Shown one piece after another: positions 59,195 through 64,000 of a DNA stretch of 64,000 bases. The number at the start of each line of letters is the position of its first letter. Within the stretch, counting starts at the first letter, position 1. A model generated the notes under the pieces. That model made no database searches. It had not been told where the DNA came from and was given only the letters and a program-made list of their open reading frames with translations. The translations under genes and the position numbers were made by a program. Source of the DNA: Eledone cirrhosa (Eukaryota); assembly GCA_964016885.1 (NCBI GenBank), contig OZ024748.1:55924001-55988000 (forward strand), given 5' to 3'.

Positions 59195-59678
59195 TCTATA
59201 TATAATTGTGCCAATATATATTATATATTTATGTGTGTATTCAATTAAATTTGCCAAAGAATATTTGATGAGTAAAGCCAACAGAGTCATCAAAGCCGAA
59301 TCACTCGAGTCAGTAAACATTTTCATTAAGAATACAGGAATATCTTCCGCCACAAACCTTTACGTTTTTTGGTTCAATTTTATTGTTGTTTTTCTTCTTA
59401 CTCATCCTTCCAGGAACAAAGTTCTAATGAAATGAAGGAGAGAAACAAAAAAGGAAATAATAATAAAAACTGTGAAAAGAAAGAAAGTAGAGAGCATGGA
59501 AAAAACAAAACAAAGGCAAAAGGCAAAAAAAAAAAAAAAATAGAATGAAATTAGAAAGATATGCGTTTGCGACCGAGTGTCAGGAATTATAATGTAATAA
59601 CGGGTGACCGCTGATGCTTGACGCTGCTTTAGAAGGGCAAGCAGAAGTGGAAAAACAAGAGCCCACCATCACGTATAG

Positions 59679-61030
<1,352 letters not shown>

Positions 61031-61400
61031 AAGTAAGCAAACGTATGCAAACACACACACAATCAAATGTACACACAGACGTAGCCAAGTATATATATAT
61101 ATACAGAGAGAGAGTGAGAGAGAGAGAGAGAGAGAGAGGGGTATGCATTAAGATAATTTGTAAAGTAAGTAATAGCAACAACACAGAGAGGCAAACAACA
61201 ATGACAACAAACACTACAAAGAAAATTAACAATCCAAGCAAACAATATCTATCGGACGGCCAGCAGATAGATATTGTTGAAGAATACTTATTAATATAAG
61301 GATATACGTATGAGCTTACACGTACATATTTGCACACATATAGCTATAAATAAAATATAAACACACGAATGCAGCATACACAAACGTATATGTATATAGG

Positions 61401-61482
<82 letters not shown>

Positions 61483-61588
61483 TATGCATATATGACTAGG
61501 TGTATTATATGACTAGGTGCACGTATACATATGTAGGTGTGTCTCTGTGTTTATATATATATATATATATGTCCGTGTATGTGTACAG

Positions 61589-61649
<61 letters not shown>

Positions 61650-61653
<4 letters not shown>

Positions 61654-61791
61654 ATTCAGCGCCGAAACATCGGTTCGGGATACATTTACAGCTGACGATG
61701 GAAACTCCTTTCTTCCTCTCTCATCCTGTTCCGTCCTAACCACCATACTAAACCTTGTTTTTAGTAACCACACAACTCCTTTCGTTTCATA

Positions 61792-61841
<50 letters not shown>

Positions 61842-61983
61842 TATGAAACGAAAGGAGTTGTGTGGTTATTAAAAACAAGGTTTAGTATGGTGGTTAGGAC
61901 GGAACAGGATGAGAGAGGAAGAAAGGAGTTTCCATCGTCAGCTGTAAATGTATCCCGAACCGATGTTTCGGCGCTGAATTACA
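61650..61983. mobile_element. Tail-to-tail inverted pair of a PLE-like 3' end around a (TA)n core
   Basis: 61650-61795 is the reverse complement of 61838-61983 (about one mismatch); the right copy extends further to ~62260. Confidence 0.75.
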
Positions 61984-62394
61984 GGACATCGGTGTAGTTC
62001 GGGTGCACCCGAGGCCTTTTATGAAGCTGGAAAAGGAGAGAGAAAAAGAGAGAACAAAAGGAGAGAGAAAAGGCAAGAGAGGGAAAAGAGGAGAGAGGGA
62101 GAGGGGGAAACATAGGAAAGGAATGGAAGAAAAAAGTCTACAGATCCCATCGTGGGAAGACAGGTGAAAGAAACATGCAAAAATATAACCTTGGAAAAAT
62201 AGGGAAAGTAAGTTGGGCCAACCTGGGAGACTTTAGCCTGGTGGTCAGCTACGACTCAGAGGCTGCGTTAAGATACCAGGTGGACCTTAACGCACCAGAG
62301 AACTCAAAAGTTAGGTTAGTAGTGTAGGTAATAGGAAAATATTCAGGAGCCCAACGACTGAGCTCCAGCAGTTTCGACAGATAGATTGTTTGAG

Positions 62395-62760
62395 TTTTTT
62401 TATAAGGAGATGGATTATAGGAGCATCTCTGAAATCTTGAGATATATGATCGACCATTCAGATCTTCGTAGATAGCCAAGAAAGCTCCTGAACCAGTTTT
62501 TGATCCCTATATTTAAAACTTGCAGCTGGGATGGCTTCTTTACCATGAGTTTCATTGGTGGACTGTTGTTTGATAGCTGCTCGTAGTTCAATCATGCTTG
62601 GATTGAAGGCCAATGCGGGTATCTCTCGCATTTGTGGAATAGGTATTACATCTTCATCTATCTTTGACTCAGGATTTTGGCCCGTTTGGAAGTGATCCTT
62701 CGATACTCCGCCATTAGGGCATTATAAAATGCACTTGAGACTTTTTTATCAGTAGCGTTT
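62395..62760 (-). mobile_element. Degraded RTE/BovB-like LINE ORF fragment (linker to RT start)
   Basis: Hand translation: DHFQ..NPESKI..IPQ..PSMIELRAAIKQ..HGKEAIPAASFK..KI*..SQDFRDAPIIHL, matching the KAPG.DGIPAE.FK / PQDFKDA.IIHL pattern. Confidence 0.75.
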
Positions 62761-63325
62761 TGTAGTTAATACACTTACTTTATTTGCGCCCCGATATGCA
62801 TCTTTCACTATATGTCTATAGTCTTTATGGTGCTTAATTAAAAATCCTAGTGACGGAGTTTGATTCCTGGTGGCGTGATGACTCCTTCTGATAGACAATA
62901 TATTTCACGTTGCTGTAGTTCACTTAGCTCAAAAATTGAATTGTACCTGTAATTAAAACCGGAAACCGTGTGATGCACTTTGTCACGTTGAATATCAGCG
63001 AGAAAAAAATACGAATCTGGGAATGGTCAGTGACATACACGATTAGGCTATTCAAAATTGATTGTATCAACGGGAGCACTCATCGTTGGGACCGACGAAG
63101 GTCCAACATATACAAATATATGTATGTATATGTTTATGTAACAAATTAAATATCTGTGTGTATGTCTCCTGTTTGTTCCAACTACATTTGTTTCTAAATT
63201 ACTTGCTTACGCATTCGCTAAATTATGTATACCCCCTCCTATGACATTTGCAGCTGTCCCTTTTTCCAGCATTTTTTTGAGCACCATCACACTCCTAATC
63301 ATCACCATCGCCATCAACGATAGGG

Positions 63326-63408
63326 TTCTTCTTCTTCTTCTTCTTCTTCTTCTTCTTCTTCTTCTTCTTCTTCTTCTTCTTCTTCTTCTTCTTCTTCTTC
63401 TTCTTCTT
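63326..63408. repeat. (CTT)n repeat; (TAC)n/(TAA)n follow at ~63875-63975
   Basis: Visible directly. Confidence 0.95.
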
Positions 63409-63604
63409 GTAATAGTGGTAGTAGTAGTATTAGTAGCAGTAGAAGTTGTGGTAGTAGTAGTAGAGATATGTGTTCCTTCTGCCAATGTCGAATGTGCGGA
63501 ATCTTAATTCTATTGTGCACCTGTTGTTAATATTGAAATGATATACATTCCCCCTACCCAATTTTTTTCTTAAAATTCTGTCTTTCAATTGTATAGAAGA
63601 CGTC

Positions 63605-63647
<43 letters not shown>

Positions 63648-63655
63648 ACATACAC

Positions 63656-63686
<31 letters not shown>

Positions 63687-63873
63687 GATAGATAAATAGA
63701 TATATCCACACGCACACACACATATATATATAGACATATCCACACACACAAACACATATGTTCCATTTATTCAGTGCTTCATTATTTATATTCTCCTCTC
63801 CCTATTCTATTCACTCAGCCTTCTCGTTATTTTACACCATTTTTGCCGGAATTTTCATCAGTCTCATACTATT

Positions 63874-63930
<57 letters not shown>

Positions 63931-64000
63931 TTACTACTACTACTATTACTACTACTAATAATAATAATAATAATTGTTTCTACTTTTGGCACAAGGCCAT

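Noticed and set aside
62340-62495. Apparent stem I (ttcaggagc/gctcctgaa) completing a family A hammerhead
   Set aside because: The second half lies in the RTE ORF fragment and no CTGAnGA follows; treated as coincidence.

Overview
AT-rich, microsatellite-saturated eukaryotic non-coding DNA. The SINE sequences and repeat load suggest an octopus/cephalopod genome (inference). No host gene can be called confidently; almost all listed ORFs are translations of (TA)n/(CA)n/(GA)n. The window is a mosaic of mobile DNA: about 20 copies of a tRNA-derived Deu/Nin-domain SINE, a second SINE family, RTE and L1/Tx1 LINE fragments, and non-autonomous Helitron-like elements. It also holds a dense population of Penelope-like (PLE) pieces, mostly in or beside (TA)n tracts. 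The main signal is that these pieces carry type I hammerhead ribozymes (six with intact CTGAnGA/GAAA cores plus many variants) and are repeatedly arranged as fold-back palindromes, often turning inside or next to hammerhead stem II. The largest is a ~2.9-kb near-perfect inverted repeat (52437-55318) enclosing a GIY-YIG endonuclease fragment. Two ~690-700 bp terminally redundant non-coding units look retrozyme-like. All pairings were read by eye; coordinates of degraded repeats are approximate.
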